Assembly: GCA_963845245.1 (NCBI GenBank)
Contig: CAWJRJ010000017.1
Coordinates: forward strand, 64,001 to 128,000
Length of the DNA stretch: 64,000 nt
Source of the DNA: Nitrospirota bacterium
GTDB taxonomy: Bacteria > Nitrospirota > JACRHJ01
Direction of reading: 5' to 3'
Positions within the stretch are counted from its first letter, which is position 1. Each line of letters opens with the position of its first letter. This document shows, one piece after another, positions 8,955 to 19,130 of this stretch. Below the pieces are notes generated by a model. The model searched no databases. It worked only from the letters and a program-made list of their open reading frames with translations, and was not told the DNA's origin. The translations under genes and the position numbers were made by a program.

Positions 8955-11609
8955 TCATTTGCTGTCAACCAGGAACTTCCACGGCGCGTAGCCGGGGTAT
9001 ATCGCGTTCACCGCGCTCGTCACCTCGTTGAACTCCTGGTCTCCAAGGATGCCCCCCATATATTTTACGTGGGCCTTGTCCGCTATATATGCGACTGCGA
9101 GGTTAGCCTTCCATCTCGATTCTACTCTTGCGCGCGCCTCCTTGTCCTCGGGCAGTTGCAGGTAAGGCAGGATGCTTTCCCTGTGGCTAGTGACGTACTG
9201 CATATCGGAGGCCATAAGGCTGTTGTTGCCGATGTTACGAGGGGCGGAAAACTCGAGGTAGAGGTTGTCGTCTGTATTTGTCTTTCCGCCGCGGCAAAAT
9301 TCCCTGACGCCGTCGTTCCCCATTACGAAATAGCTGAGGAAGGCTTCCGCCGAACCCATGTTCACGGCCTTCAGGTCTCTCAACACGGCGGGGTTGCCGT
9401 TTATCTTCCGGTCAATCTCATCTTCATCGAGCACTATGGGTGAGTCGCTGCCGACTAGCTCGGCATCGTTGAATGTAAGCCACACCATCGTGTATTTGAA
9501 ATTTTCGCTGAAGGTCTTTACGACAGACTTCAGGTCGTCTTCAGAGAGCTCATATATGGGCAGCCACTGGCAGGCGACACCGCCTGGGTTGAGATGTTCC
9601 GAGACAAGCTTGAAATACTCCCCCGTATAAAGGTAGCCCGCCCCGCTGAACCAGGGGTGCACGGGGTCGGCGGTGACGACGTCGAATTTGTCCCTTGTGG
9701 TCAGAAGGAAGTTCCGTCCGTCCTCGAATACTATATGCAGCCTTGGGTCATCAAGGACGTTGTTGTTGTATTTGCTGAAGGTGCGCGTCACTCCGAGCAC
9801 CTTGGGCTCTATCTCAGCGAGCGTGATATTCTCCACTTCCGGATAGGCAGCGGTTGCCCCGAGGGTCATACCGCTGCCCGCGCCGAGGACGAAGACGCTG
9901 CGGGGAGGCGTCTTGTGCAGCAGCATAGGCAGGTGGCCGAGCGTGTACTGGCACTGTATGTCGTTTGCCTTGTTGGACGCCTCTGGGCGTCCGTTCGTCA
10001 GGAAAGCCTGGACCCCGCACCCTTCCCTTATCGAACTCACTATTGTGTTAGCACCCTCCGCGTAGTACAGGACCTCCGTATCTTGCAGATAATCGTGTAC
10101 CCACCCTGGCGACAGGTAAAGCTCCTGCTTGCTCTTCACGAACGTCGCGAAGAGCTTGGTGTCCCACAGCTTCCAGGCGCCGGGGCTTAGGGAAACCGCC
10201 AGTATCGAAGCCGCCACGGCAGCCGATACACCGATGATTACCGACTTGCCGGCCCGGATGCTCACAATCACGATGATGCCGAACCCGATGTTGACGAGGG
10301 TGAGTATCTGGAGGGACCGCTCTATCCCGACCAGGTATACCAGGACGAAGCCGCTGACAATCGTGCCGAGGATGGCCCCGACCGTATTGAACGCCAGTAC
10401 CTCTCCGACCGCCTTGCCTACCGTCTTTTTATACCCCGCATGTATACTCCCGGCCAGAGGGAAGGCGACGCCCATGAAAAAGGCGGGGACGAACATGTAG
10501 AGAAATGCGATCACCATGTCAGCCCATTGCCTTGCCTGGAAACTGTCAACGTAAAGTCCTTTAAAGTAGCTGTGCAGAAGGGATGAGCGCATCGGCAGGC
10601 TCCCGATGTATATCGTCACTATCAGCGCGGTTATCCCGATTATCACCTGGACTATGCCGAACCAGAATACATGCCGGGTCAGGGATGATGCCGCTACCTT
10701 TTTTCCTTTGCTGGTCAACCTTGCGAATGCCCCGTAAGCCGTGCTTCCCGCGGCTATGCCGGAAAGGAACGCCATGAGCATGATCGCGAAGCCGTAAACG
10801 CTCGCGGAGACGGCCAGGCACAGGATACGGGTCCAGAGTACCTCGTAGCCCAGTGCGCAGAAACCGCTGATGCCGATACCCCAGATTACCAGGCGGAAAG
10901 GGAGGTCCGTCTTTGGCCCCGGCAGGTCGGTAACTGATTTTACCGGCGCGACCTCTTTCCTGGACGGCTCTGTCCCGGGGATGGCTTTCGCCTTTTCCTG
11001 GAGCAGTATGGCGAGGATCCCGATGAAGACGTTGACCGCTACGGCTATATAGAGTGTCGTACTGACCGAGAAGAAACGCAGGAAGACGAAACCAGCCGCT
11101 GCGCAGCCCGCCACGGCCCCGAGCGTGTTGAAACCGTAAAGAAACGAGAGGCGGACACTGATGTCCTTCTCACGGCCAGAGATGAAGCTGGACAGGACCG
11201 GAAGGGTCCCGCCCATGAGCGTGGTCGGGACGATCATGGCTATGGCAGCGAATGACGCGCGGATGAAGTAAAGGTAGGTAGTGGATGTTGGCGCGATCCG
11301 GGCCAGGGGGACGTAGATCGACGGGTAAAGGCGCATCAACAGGACGAAGACGAGGGCAAATACTGCAATGCCCAGTTCGAGGAACCCGTAAAAGCGAAGG
11401 AGTTTCTTCACCCCCAATGCCCGCTTGCCTATTGTGTAGCTGCCCAAGGCGAGGCCGCCCATGAAAACTGCCAATACCGTGGTGACTGCAAGATGAGAGC
11501 CGCCCAGGATGAGGCTCAGGTAACGGACCCATACCACTTCGTAAATGAGGGCGGCGGCGCCGGAAAGGAAAAAGACCAGGTAAACAGCCGACAAAAGCAA
11601 ATATTGCAT
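8955..11609 (-). CDS. fused MFS-like membrane domain / spermidine synthase-family protein
   Basis: SGAAALIYEVVW, LMGGTLP, NTLGAVAG membrane repeats; LGAGSGMT, EIEPKV, EDGRNFL, DVVTADP SAM-binding fold. Confidence 0.88.
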   Translation of the reverse strand: MQYLLLSAVYLVFFLSGAAALIYEVVWVRYLSLILGGSHLAVTTVLAVFMGGLALGSYTIGKRALGVKKLLRFYGFLELGIAVFALVFVLLMRLYPSIYVPLARIAPTSTTYLYFIRASFAAIAMIVPTTLMGGTLPVLSSFISGREKDISVRLSFLYGFNTLGAVAGCAAAGFVFLRFFSVSTTLYIAVAVNVFIGILAILLQEKAKAIPGTEPSRKEVAPVKSVTDLPGPKTDLPFRLVIWGIGISGFCALGYEVLWTRILCLAVSASVYGFAIMLMAFLSGIAAGSTAYGAFARLTSKGKKVAASSLTRHVFWFGIVQVIIGITALIVTIYIGSLPMRSSLLHSYFKGLYVDSFQARQWADMVIAFLYMFVPAFFMGVAFPLAGSIHAGYKKTVGKAVGEVLAFNTVGAILGTIVSGFVLVYLVGIERSLQILTLVNIGFGIIVIVSIRAGKSVIIGVSAAVAASILAVSLSPGAWKLWDTKLFATFVKSKQELYLSPGWVHDYLQDTEVLYYAEGANTIVSSIREGCGVQAFLTNGRPEASNKANDIQCQYTLGHLPMLLHKTPPRSVFVLGAGSGMTLGATAAYPEVENITLAEIEPKVLGVTRTFSKYNNNVLDDPRLHIVFEDGRNFLLTTRDKFDVVTADPVHPWFSGAGYLYTGEYFKLVSEHLNPGGVACQWLPIYELSEDDLKSVVKTFSENFKYTMVWLTFNDAELVGSDSPIVLDEDEIDRKINGNPAVLRDLKAVNMGSAEAFLSYFVMGNDGVREFCRGGKTNTDDNLYLEFSAPRNIGNNSLMASDMQYVTSHRESILPYLQLPEDKEARARVESRWKANLAVAYIADKAHVKYMGGILGDQEFNEVTSAVNAIYPGYAPWKFLVDSK

Positions 11610-11800
11610 GATACTCCCTGACGCATGGCCAATGTAGCAGCCATGGTGTTGGTTTATATAGATTATCCCCTACTGTTACCCATTGTGCAACTATACTTTA
11701 ACCGGTTTTCCAATACAAGAAATAATTGACCGGGATGCTCGCCTCAATTATCATGTTATAATTCCTACAATATTGCAGACTTCTAAAACACGGAGGCCCC

Positions 11801-12193
11801 ATGCTAAAACTGACCGATGAAATGAAAGACCTGCTGAAGGACAACCTCTGTTACATCGCGACCGCGTCGCCGGATGGCGTGCCGTGTGTCGCGCCGAAGT
11901 CATGCCGGTTCACGGACGACGGCAGGCTCTACTACATCGAGTGGGCGGGGAAGCTGACTTATGACAACCTGAAGGCTAACCCCAGGATAGCCATCTCCAC
12001 CTGCTCGCATGACAAGAAGACTAGCTACCGCATTATGGGGAAGGCCGAAATACTGACAAGCGGCCCGCTGTTTGAGAAGGAGAATACGCGCAGACTGGAG
12101 AAGGGCAAACGCGCCGTGATTGCCATAGTGATGGTGGACGTCGAGGCCGTGTATGACATGGGCAAGAAAAACCCGGGGGGAAGGGTAATATAA
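11801..12193 (+). CDS. pyridoxamine 5'-phosphate oxidase-family FMN-binding protein
   Basis: IATASPDGVP..PK, TYDNLKANPRI; RBS ggagg. Confidence 0.82.
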   Translation: MLKLTDEMKDLLKDNLCYIATASPDGVPCVAPKSCRFTDDGRLYYIEWAGKLTYDNLKANPRIAISTCSHDKKTSYRIMGKAEILTSGPLFEKENTRRLEKGKRAVIAIVMVDVEAVYDMGKKNPGGRVI

Positions 12194-12207
12194 AGGGAAT
12201 GTGCGAT

Positions 12208-12828
12208 ATGAAAAGAATTGTTGTTGTATTGTTTGTATTGCTCGCGGCTGTTGTTTTGGTGACGAATGCATATGCTGAACATGATATTGGCCTGATATTA
12301 AAGGAGCTGAACCTTGCACGCACGAACCCGGCCAAATACGCCCAGTTTCTGAAGGAGAGAAGGGTGTATTACAAGGGGAAAATATACGGCACGGGCGAGG
12401 GGATGACATTCACGACGGAAGAAGGTGTTCGTGCCGTGGACGAGGCCATCGATTTCCTTGAGAAGGCCAAACCTGTGGGGCCGTTGATGCTCTCCGGCAG
12501 GCTTTCTGAAGCGGCGATGGCGCTTGTAAAGGCAAGTGGGCCGACTGGCAATACCGGGCATAACTCGGCAGGGGGCATGACCTTTGAGAAGCGCGTAGCA
12601 ATGTGCGGAATGTGGAAAATGTGTATAGGCGAGGACATAAGTTATGGCCCGACCGTGCCGAGAGAAATCGTCGTCCAGCTGATAATAGACGATGGCGTGA
12701 AAAGCAGGGGGCACAGGGCGAACATATTCAATCCGGACTTCAAGGTGGTCGGGATCGCTTGCGGGGAACATAAAGACTACGGCTACATGTGCGCTATTGA
12801 TTTTGCAGATAGCTTTAAGGCTAAATGA
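12208..12828 (+). CDS. CAP/SCP-domain secreted protein
   Basis: ELNLARTNP, GH, GEDISYG, LIIDDGVKSRGHRANIF, VGIACGEH. Confidence 0.85.
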   Translation: MKRIVVVLFVLLAAVVLVTNAYAEHDIGLILKELNLARTNPAKYAQFLKERRVYYKGKIYGTGEGMTFTTEEGVRAVDEAIDFLEKAKPVGPLMLSGRLSEAAMALVKASGPTGNTGHNSAGGMTFEKRVAMCGMWKMCIGEDISYGPTVPREIVVQLIIDDGVKSRGHRANIFNPDFKVVGIACGEHKDYGYMCAIDFADSFKAK

Positions 12829-12900
12829 AGAAGCCTGCTGCCTGACTTTGACCGCCCACAGACCTTATGATAGACTTTAATCCAAACAAGGAGGTTTATC

Positions 12901-13242
12901 ATGAAAAAGGCATTGCTGGTGGTAAGTCTGGTGGTGTTTTTCGTGGCGGGATATATAACCGGCAGCATCCAGACAAAGAACGCCATAGCCATTGAGCTTG
13001 GCGGCCTCACGGGTATCGGCGGCACCGTGGAGAGCCTCAAGAGCCTGGGCAAGACGGTAATCGAGATGCAGGAAAACGTGAACAAGCTCCAGACTAACAT
13101 CAACGATGTGAAGAAGGTCAAGGACGACATATCGACCTATTCGGGCGTATACGACAAAGTTACTGGGAAACCGGCGCCAAAGACCACAACGCCGACCACA
13201 CAGCCGGCTGCCACGCCCACATTAAAGGACTACCTGAAGTAG
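12901..13242 (+). CDS. secreted or membrane-anchored coiled-coil hypothetical protein
   Basis: strong RBS aaggagg, N-terminal hydrophobic segment, host-like codon usage. Confidence 0.75.
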   Translation: MKKALLVVSLVVFFVAGYITGSIQTKNAIAIELGGLTGIGGTVESLKSLGKTVIEMQENVNKLQTNINDVKKVKDDISTYSGVYDKVTGKPAPKTTTPTTQPAATPTLKDYLK

Positions 13243-13299
13243 TCGGCAAGACAAGGCTCGCACGAACCCCTTGCCCCTCGGTGGTATCATCCTCCAACT

Positions 13300-13340
13300 C
13301 CCCTCGCCCTGTAAAGGGAGAGGGTTGGGGGGTAAGGGTG
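13300..13340. repeat. REP-like intergenic palindromic element, copy 2
   Basis: ccctcgccctgtaaagggagagggttggggggtaaggg, near-identical core to 8835-8860. Confidence 0.6.
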
Positions 13341-13374
13341 TTCCCTTTAAGCACGGTTAAGAAGGAGGCACGCG

Positions 13375-14187
13375 ATGACAAAGAGACTATTCATATACGG
13401 TATCATCGCGGTGTTCAGCGCTGTGTTGCTGACCGCGTGTGCTGCGCCGCAGCAGAGCCAGTACCCGCCGCAGGACCAGTATTCACAGGGCGGGCAGTAT
13501 CAGCAGCAGGGCCAGTACCCGCCGCCGAGACAGTATCCACCACAGGACCAGTATCAACAGGGTGGCCAATATCCGCCGCCTCAGGACCAATACCAGCAGC
13601 AGGGCCAGTACCCGCCGCAGGAACAGGCTCCATCTACGGCTGAGCAGAACAAGGGTGCTATAATAGGCGGAACGACCGGCGCGGTTGCGGGCGGCATCAT
13701 CGGTGGAGTTATTGGCCACCAGACAGGGAACACCGGCGCGGGCGTGGTCATAGGTGCGCTACTGGGCGGACTGACGGGTGCGGCTGTAGGCCACTATGGC
13801 TACGACCAGAAACGCACCGAGGAACAGGCCCAGGCACAGTATAACTACGATTACAACCAGAGCCAGTCGAACCTCGTGAGGATAGAGTCATCCTCCGCCA
13901 CGCCGGACAGGGTCTATCCCGGCGACACGGTAAACCTGAACGCGACATACACCGTGCTCGGGCCGCAGGGCACCGAGATGGACGTGACCGAGACAAGGGA
14001 GGTCAGGCTTAACGGCGAGCTTCAGGGCAAGCCGCAGGTGACGGTAAGAAGGCGCGGCGGTACGTATGAGAGCAAGGTGCCGCTGATCCTTCCACAGGAC
14101 GCCCCGAGGGGCACGTACATCGTCACGACCACCATACAGTCGGGCCAGAGCAGCGACACCAGGGAGACCCGCTTCTCTGTCAGCTAA
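13375..14187 (+). CDS. glycine-zipper lipoprotein with Q/Y/P-rich repeats
   Basis: lipobox LTAC; QYPPQDQYQQ repeats; GAIIGG..GAVAGGIIG glycine zipper; C-terminal Ig-like domain. Confidence 0.85.
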   Translation: MTKRLFIYGIIAVFSAVLLTACAAPQQSQYPPQDQYSQGGQYQQQGQYPPPRQYPPQDQYQQGGQYPPPQDQYQQQGQYPPQEQAPSTAEQNKGAIIGGTTGAVAGGIIGGVIGHQTGNTGAGVVIGALLGGLTGAAVGHYGYDQKRTEEQAQAQYNYDYNQSQSNLVRIESSSATPDRVYPGDTVNLNATYTVLGPQGTEMDVTETREVRLNGELQGKPQVTVRRRGGTYESKVPLILPQDAPRGTYIVTTTIQSGQSSDTRETRFSVS

Positions 14188-14204
14188 TAGTATCGTATCC
14201 GCAC

Positions 14205-14232
14205 GGCGGTGCGCCCCGTATGGCGCACCGCC
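14205..14232 (+). terminator. terminator-like hairpin
   Basis: ggcggtgcgcc-ccgtat-ggcgcaccgcc, 11-bp stem. Confidence 0.6.
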
Positions 14233-14331
14233 TAATTACATAAAACGCCCGCCTCCCGCATTCCTTGACACTCTAGGGTATATCTGATATAAACAAATCA
14301 TAGAGAAATAAGCTTTCACACAGGGTAGCTC

Positions 14332-15774
14332 ATGCTCATCGCAACAATTATAACAGTCTACCTCGTCAGTATAATCCTCTCCTGCATATATATCATCTAC
14401 GAGCACAACAGCCCCGCCGCCACCCTTGCGTGGCTCCTGTTCATGATCATCATGCCCTTCTTCGGACTCTTCGCATATCTGGTGTTCGGAAGGCGCAGGG
14501 TGAACATGAGGATAAAGCTCCTGCGCGCATTACGCGACGGCGTGGGCGACATAAGGAACAAACTCGAATTCCAGAACACGTTCAACTCCGTCGTGAAGTC
14601 CGGGGTATGCTCGAAGAAGTACGAGGACCTGATGCGGCTGGCCTACCGTTTCCCGGGGCTTCCCCCCACGATGGGCAACGGCATAAAGGTACTGAAGGAC
14701 GCGGATGCCTCATACCCCGAGATGTTCAAAAGCATAAGGGAGGCGAAGGAACACATACACGCCATGTACTATATCATCGAGCCGGACGAGACGGGCAGGA
14801 TGCTCCGGGACGCGCTGGTGGAGAAGGCGAAGGAGGGGGTCGAGGTCCGGCTGCTCTACGACGACATCGGCTCCGCCGACATGAAGCTCAGATTCTTCAA
14901 GCCGCTCATCGATGTTGGCGGCATGGTGCGGGAGTACCGGCCGGTCCACTTTGCAAGGCACAGGACGCTGTACGCGAACTTCAGGAACCACAGAAAGATC
15001 CTGGTGGTGGACGGCAAGACCGCGCACACCGGAGGGATAAACATCGGGGACGAATACCTGGGCAAGGACCCGGAAATGGGATACTGGCGCGACACCAATA
15101 TTCAAGTCACCGGTCCCGCCGCAAGCCACCTCCAGCTTATCTTCGCGGAGGACTGGTACTATGTCACGGGCGAGCTGCTTACGAAGGCATATGTAAAGCC
15201 CCCACACCAGGATGTCGAGAGCGGAGACGGTATAGTCCAGATAGTCCCATCAGGGCCGGACCGCTCCCGCAACCAGATAGCCCACCTCTACTTCACGGCC
15301 ATCACCTCGGCGCGCAAAAGGCTGTACATCACCACGCCGTACTTCGTTCCGGACGAGTCGGTGCAGACGGCTCTCATCGCCGCATGCCTGCGTGGAGTCG
15401 ATGTCAGGCTTCTCGTGCCCCAGATCTACGACAGGAAGATCATCAAGTACGCGAGCCATTCATACTTCCGCGAGCTTCTTGAGGTCGGGTGCAGGATATT
15501 CGAGTATAAGAAGGGGTTCGTCCATTCAAAGACTATGAGCGTGGACGGCGAGCTTGCTATAGTGGGTACGGCGAACATGGACCTGAGGAGTTTCAGGCTG
15601 AACTTCGAGGTGTGCGCAGTATGCTACTGCGGCGAGACGGCCAGGATGATGGACGAACAGTTCCTGGCCGACCTTGAGGATTCGGAGACGATAAGGATGA
15701 AGAGCTTCAGGAAACGCCCGCGCCCGGACATATTCATCGAGAACGTGGCAAGGCTGACGTCTTCTCTGCTCTAG
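14332..15774 (+). CDS. cls: cardiolipin synthase
   Basis: two N-terminal TM helices, two HKD motifs (RNHRKILVVDG, HSKTMSVDG); 480 aa. Confidence 0.93.
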   Translation: MLIATIITVYLVSIILSCIYIIYEHNSPAATLAWLLFMIIMPFFGLFAYLVFGRRRVNMRIKLLRALRDGVGDIRNKLEFQNTFNSVVKSGVCSKKYEDLMRLAYRFPGLPPTMGNGIKVLKDADASYPEMFKSIREAKEHIHAMYYIIEPDETGRMLRDALVEKAKEGVEVRLLYDDIGSADMKLRFFKPLIDVGGMVREYRPVHFARHRTLYANFRNHRKILVVDGKTAHTGGINIGDEYLGKDPEMGYWRDTNIQVTGPAASHLQLIFAEDWYYVTGELLTKAYVKPPHQDVESGDGIVQIVPSGPDRSRNQIAHLYFTAITSARKRLYITTPYFVPDESVQTALIAACLRGVDVRLLVPQIYDRKIIKYASHSYFRELLEVGCRIFEYKKGFVHSKTMSVDGELAIVGTANMDLRSFRLNFEVCAVCYCGETARMMDEQFLADLEDSETIRMKSFRKRPRPDIFIENVARLTSSLL

Positions 15775-15786
15775 CCGCCCGCTATC

Positions 15787-16086
15787 TTATTGGTTGACCT
15801 TCAAAAGCAGCGTAAAAGAGTTGGCGAACCTGTCGCCCTCTTCCGCCTGTACCATCTTGTAGAAGTCGCATGTCCGGCAGTTCGAGGACTTCTTTGCATA
15901 AGTCCCCTGGACCTCTCCGCCGCACAAAGTACCGGCCACGACCCAGCAGGCCCTTCCGCCGTTCGTGCCCTCGTGTACTCCATCCAGGTTTTCCATCGTG
16001 GCAGCGGGGCAGACCCCGGAGTCATAAGAATGCCGCCCGCCCGGTTGTCTCCCACACTTCTTGAACTCCCAGCAGTTTAGCTTCAT
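15787..16086 (-). CDS. two-CW-domain Cys-rich protein
   Basis: NCWEFKKCGR..CPA..GRACWVVAGTLCGG..CRTCDFY; RBS ggaggt. Confidence 0.8.
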   Translation of the reverse strand: MKLNCWEFKKCGRQPGGRHSYDSGVCPAATMENLDGVHEGTNGGRACWVVAGTLCGGEVQGTYAKKSSNCRTCDFYKMVQAEEGDRFANSFTLLLKVNQ

Positions 16087-16166
16087 TATGACCTCCACGA
16101 CCTCTTTAATAAGATATTTATAAAGAATATTAACGTGTTTGTCAAGAAAGGCTTTTGCCGCTTCTC

Positions 16167-17524
16167 CTAGATGCTATCCAGTAGAGCTATTATTTCTCCG
16201 GTTTTGGCTTCCATAAGCGCCCTGTCGCCCCTTGATTCCACGTTCAGCCTCACGAGTGGCTCGGTGTTGGACATGCGCAGGTTGAACCGCCAGTTTGCAA
16301 ACTCTATGCTCACGCCGTCGGTATGGTCAACTGACAACGCTCCGGGCGCGTAAAGTTCCTCCACCTTCCTGAGCGCAGCGGCGGGGTCTTCTATCTTGCG
16401 GTTTATCTCGCCGCTCACCGGATACAGCCTCTCACGTTCCTCCACAAGGGCCGATAGCGGCTTGCCGGTCTTCGCCATCAGCTCCAGCACGAGGAGCCAC
16501 GGTATCATGCCGCTGTCGCAGTATGAGAACTCCCTGAAATAGTGGTGCGCGGACATCTCTCCGCCGTACACCGCATCCTCCGCCCGCATCCGCTCCTTGA
16601 TGAACGCGTGGCCCGTCTTGCTCATAACCGGGACGCCGCCCGCCGTCTTTACGATATCTATGGTGTTCCAGGTCAGGCGCGGGTCGTGTATTATCTTGCC
16701 GCCCGGATGTTTTGCCAGCATCGCCTCTGCAAGCAGGCCCACGATGTAATAGCCCTCTATGAACCTGCCCTTCTCGTCGAAAAAGAAACACCGGTCGAAG
16801 TCGCCGTCCCATGCGACGCCGATGTCGGCGCCCGAGTCGATGACGGCCTTCGATGTAGCTTCACGGTTCTCGGGCAGCAGCGGATTCGGGATGCCGTTCG
16901 GGAACGTCCCGTCCGGCTCGTAGTTTACCCTAATGAACTGAAACGGAAGGTGGCGGCCCAGGATATTCAGTACAGGGCCCGCGCAGCCGTTGCCAGGGTT
17001 TACTACCACTTTGAATGGCGGAAGCTTCTGTGCGTCTATATACGAAGCTATGTGTTCCGCGTATGCGTGGCTGGTGTCGATAAGCTCGACCTCGCCCGTT
17101 TTGTCAGCGGACTTGAAAACTGCAGCTCCTGCAGCCAGTGCCTCGATCTCCCGTAGGCCGGTGTCTCCGCTTACGGGCCGTGAGCCTTCTCGCACCATCT
17201 TCATGCCGTTGTAGTTCGCCGGGTTGTGGCTCGCGGTCACCATTATCCCGCCGTCTGCTTCCAGGTGGGCTGTGGAGAAGTAGACCTGCTCTGTGCCGCA
17301 AAGGCCGATGTCATAGACCTTGCAGCCGGAGGCGGTGAGCCCGTTTATGAGCGCCCCCGCAATCGCCTTGCTCGACAGCCTGATGTCGCGCCCGACCACT
17401 ACGGTAGACGGTTTTATGTATTCGGCGAACGCGCGGCCAATACGATAGGCAAGCCCTCGTTCAGCTCTTCCGGGACCGCGCCTCGAATGTCGTACGCCTT
17501 AAAGCATGGGAGCCTGTCAGACAT
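16167..17524 (-). CDS. manB: phosphomannomutase/phosphoglucomutase (frameshift near 5' end)
   Basis: start [15 protein letters not shown] at 17524 in another frame; TASHNP, DGDFDR, GEMSAH, RMSNTEP motifs. Confidence 0.88.
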
Positions 17525-18063
17525 CATGCACCGTTCCCGTTCAACAGGTCTTCTTCAAGCCGGATGTGGTCTGATTCTATCTCGGAGAGCGCGGTGAAAA
17601 CCTTCTTTACACGCGGCTCGATGGCCCTGTCGGCCGACATCATGTAGAAGTCGGTGGCAATGCGTTCGCGTTCGTGCGCGGTCTTTAGGTTCACCATGTC
17701 GTCGTCCGTGGCCTTCTCCCTGTGCGGTTCGGGAGCCGGGAAGCTGCAGTTCAGTATCTTGCGAAGGACGCTTGCGTGTTCCCCTTCTATCTTTGCAAGG
17801 CCTTTGAATATACCCTGAAGCTCCACGCCTTTGGCCCGTGCGGAAGCGTCCCGGTAGAATGGCGCGTTGTTCACCTCAAGCTGGAGCGCTTTTTCGAGGT
17901 TCCCGCGTGATACATCCGAAAGGGATGTTATCGACATATTCTCGTCCACCCATTCCGCGACCGGTACGAGGTATTTGGTCTTTGAGCCGCAGTATGGGCA
18001 ATTGGCCGGCTTGGTCTGCCCGATATAGACCTCGCCGCAGATCTGACACCTGAAGAATTTCAT
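17524..18063 (-). CDS. rubredoxin-domain / ferritin-like (reverse rubrerythrin-type) protein
   Basis: CQICG..CPYCG followed by E..EGEH and E..ESDH diiron motifs. Confidence 0.85.
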   Translation of the reverse strand: MKFFRCQICGEVYIGQTKPANCPYCGSKTKYLVPVAEWVDENMSITSLSDVSRGNLEKALQLEVNNAPFYRDASARAKGVELQGIFKGLAKIEGEHASVLRKILNCSFPAPEPHREKATDDDMVNLKTAHERERIATDFYMMSADRAIEPRVKKVFTALSEIESDHIRLEEDLLNGNGA

Positions 18064-18221
18064 CCTTCCTCCATAAAAATTATAATAAAATATGGTAGGT
18101 TCAAATGCCCTTGATTGTCAAGGTTTTTTGGGCGGCGACAAGTAAATGCTTGCATGGCGGGCACCAATTTTATATCATCTTACTTTGTTGTACGTAGTAG
18201 CGTTTATTTTAAGGAAATATT

Positions 18222-19130
18222 TTGAAGCCAAACAGGCAGCAGATCCTCCCATACAACCGTATAATCCGTTCATTGGTCCCGGTTTTCCTTTTCTGCGTAA
18301 GAACATGGCCCTTGTGGTTCTCAAGGGCAGCCGCGTGGTTGACCACCGCCGTCTATTATCCTTTTTTTACAACCCGCAGGCACAATTACCAGGCAAACCT
18401 GAAGCATATACTTGGGAAAGATGTCGGTAACTGGACGCTCTTTAGAACAACCTTCAGGATGTGCGTATATAACGCGTATTATCTTATAGACCTTTTCAGG
18501 GTAAACGATGAAAGGGAAAGCAACCTTGAGTCTATACTGTCGGATGCCAGGGGTTACGAAAATATAACCGAGGCCTTGAAGGGCGGCAAGGGCGCGATAC
18601 TCCTAACCGCGCACTTGGGCAACTGGGAGCTCGGCGGTATTGTACTCTCTCAGCTCGGGCACCCGGTGAACGTGGTTTACTTCCCGGACGGCTCAGACCA
18701 TATAGAAGAGAACAGGACCCGCAAAAGACTGCTGCGCGGCGTGAAGGAGATACGCCTTGACCCGGACAGGATATCGCCCCTTGCGATGATGCGCGCCCTA
18801 CAAAATGGCGAACTTGTGGCTATGCAGGGCGACAAGCTGTACCATGACAGCGGGGTCAAGGTGCCGTTCTTCGATGCGCCCGCATATTTCCCCAAGGGGC
18901 CGGTCCTTCTATCCATGATGACCGGCGCGCCAATATTGCCCTCGTTCATTGTTATGGACAAAAACGCCAAATATAATATAATCGTCGACGAGGCGATCTA
19001 CCCCGTAAGGACCGGCGACCGCGAAAAGGATATCGAGGAGAACCTGAAGAAGGTCGTCAAGGTGTTTGAGAAGTACATAGGCATATATTACGAACAGTGG
19101 TATAGCTTCACGAAGGTATGGGATGATTAA
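18222..19130 (+). CDS. lysophospholipid / lipid A acyltransferase-family protein (LpxL/PatA-like)
   Basis: GAILLTAHLGNWE, MQGD, VPFF..PKGP, YEQWY. Confidence 0.85.
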   Translation: MKPNRQQILPYNRIIRSLVPVFLFCVRTWPLWFSRAAAWLTTAVYYPFFTTRRHNYQANLKHILGKDVGNWTLFRTTFRMCVYNAYYLIDLFRVNDERESNLESILSDARGYENITEALKGGKGAILLTAHLGNWELGGIVLSQLGHPVNVVYFPDGSDHIEENRTRKRLLRGVKEIRLDPDRISPLAMMRALQNGELVAMQGDKLYHDSGVKVPFFDAPAYFPKGPVLLSMMTGAPILPSFIVMDKNAKYNIIVDEAIYPVRTGDREKDIEENLKKVVKVFEKYIGIYYEQWYSFTKVWDD

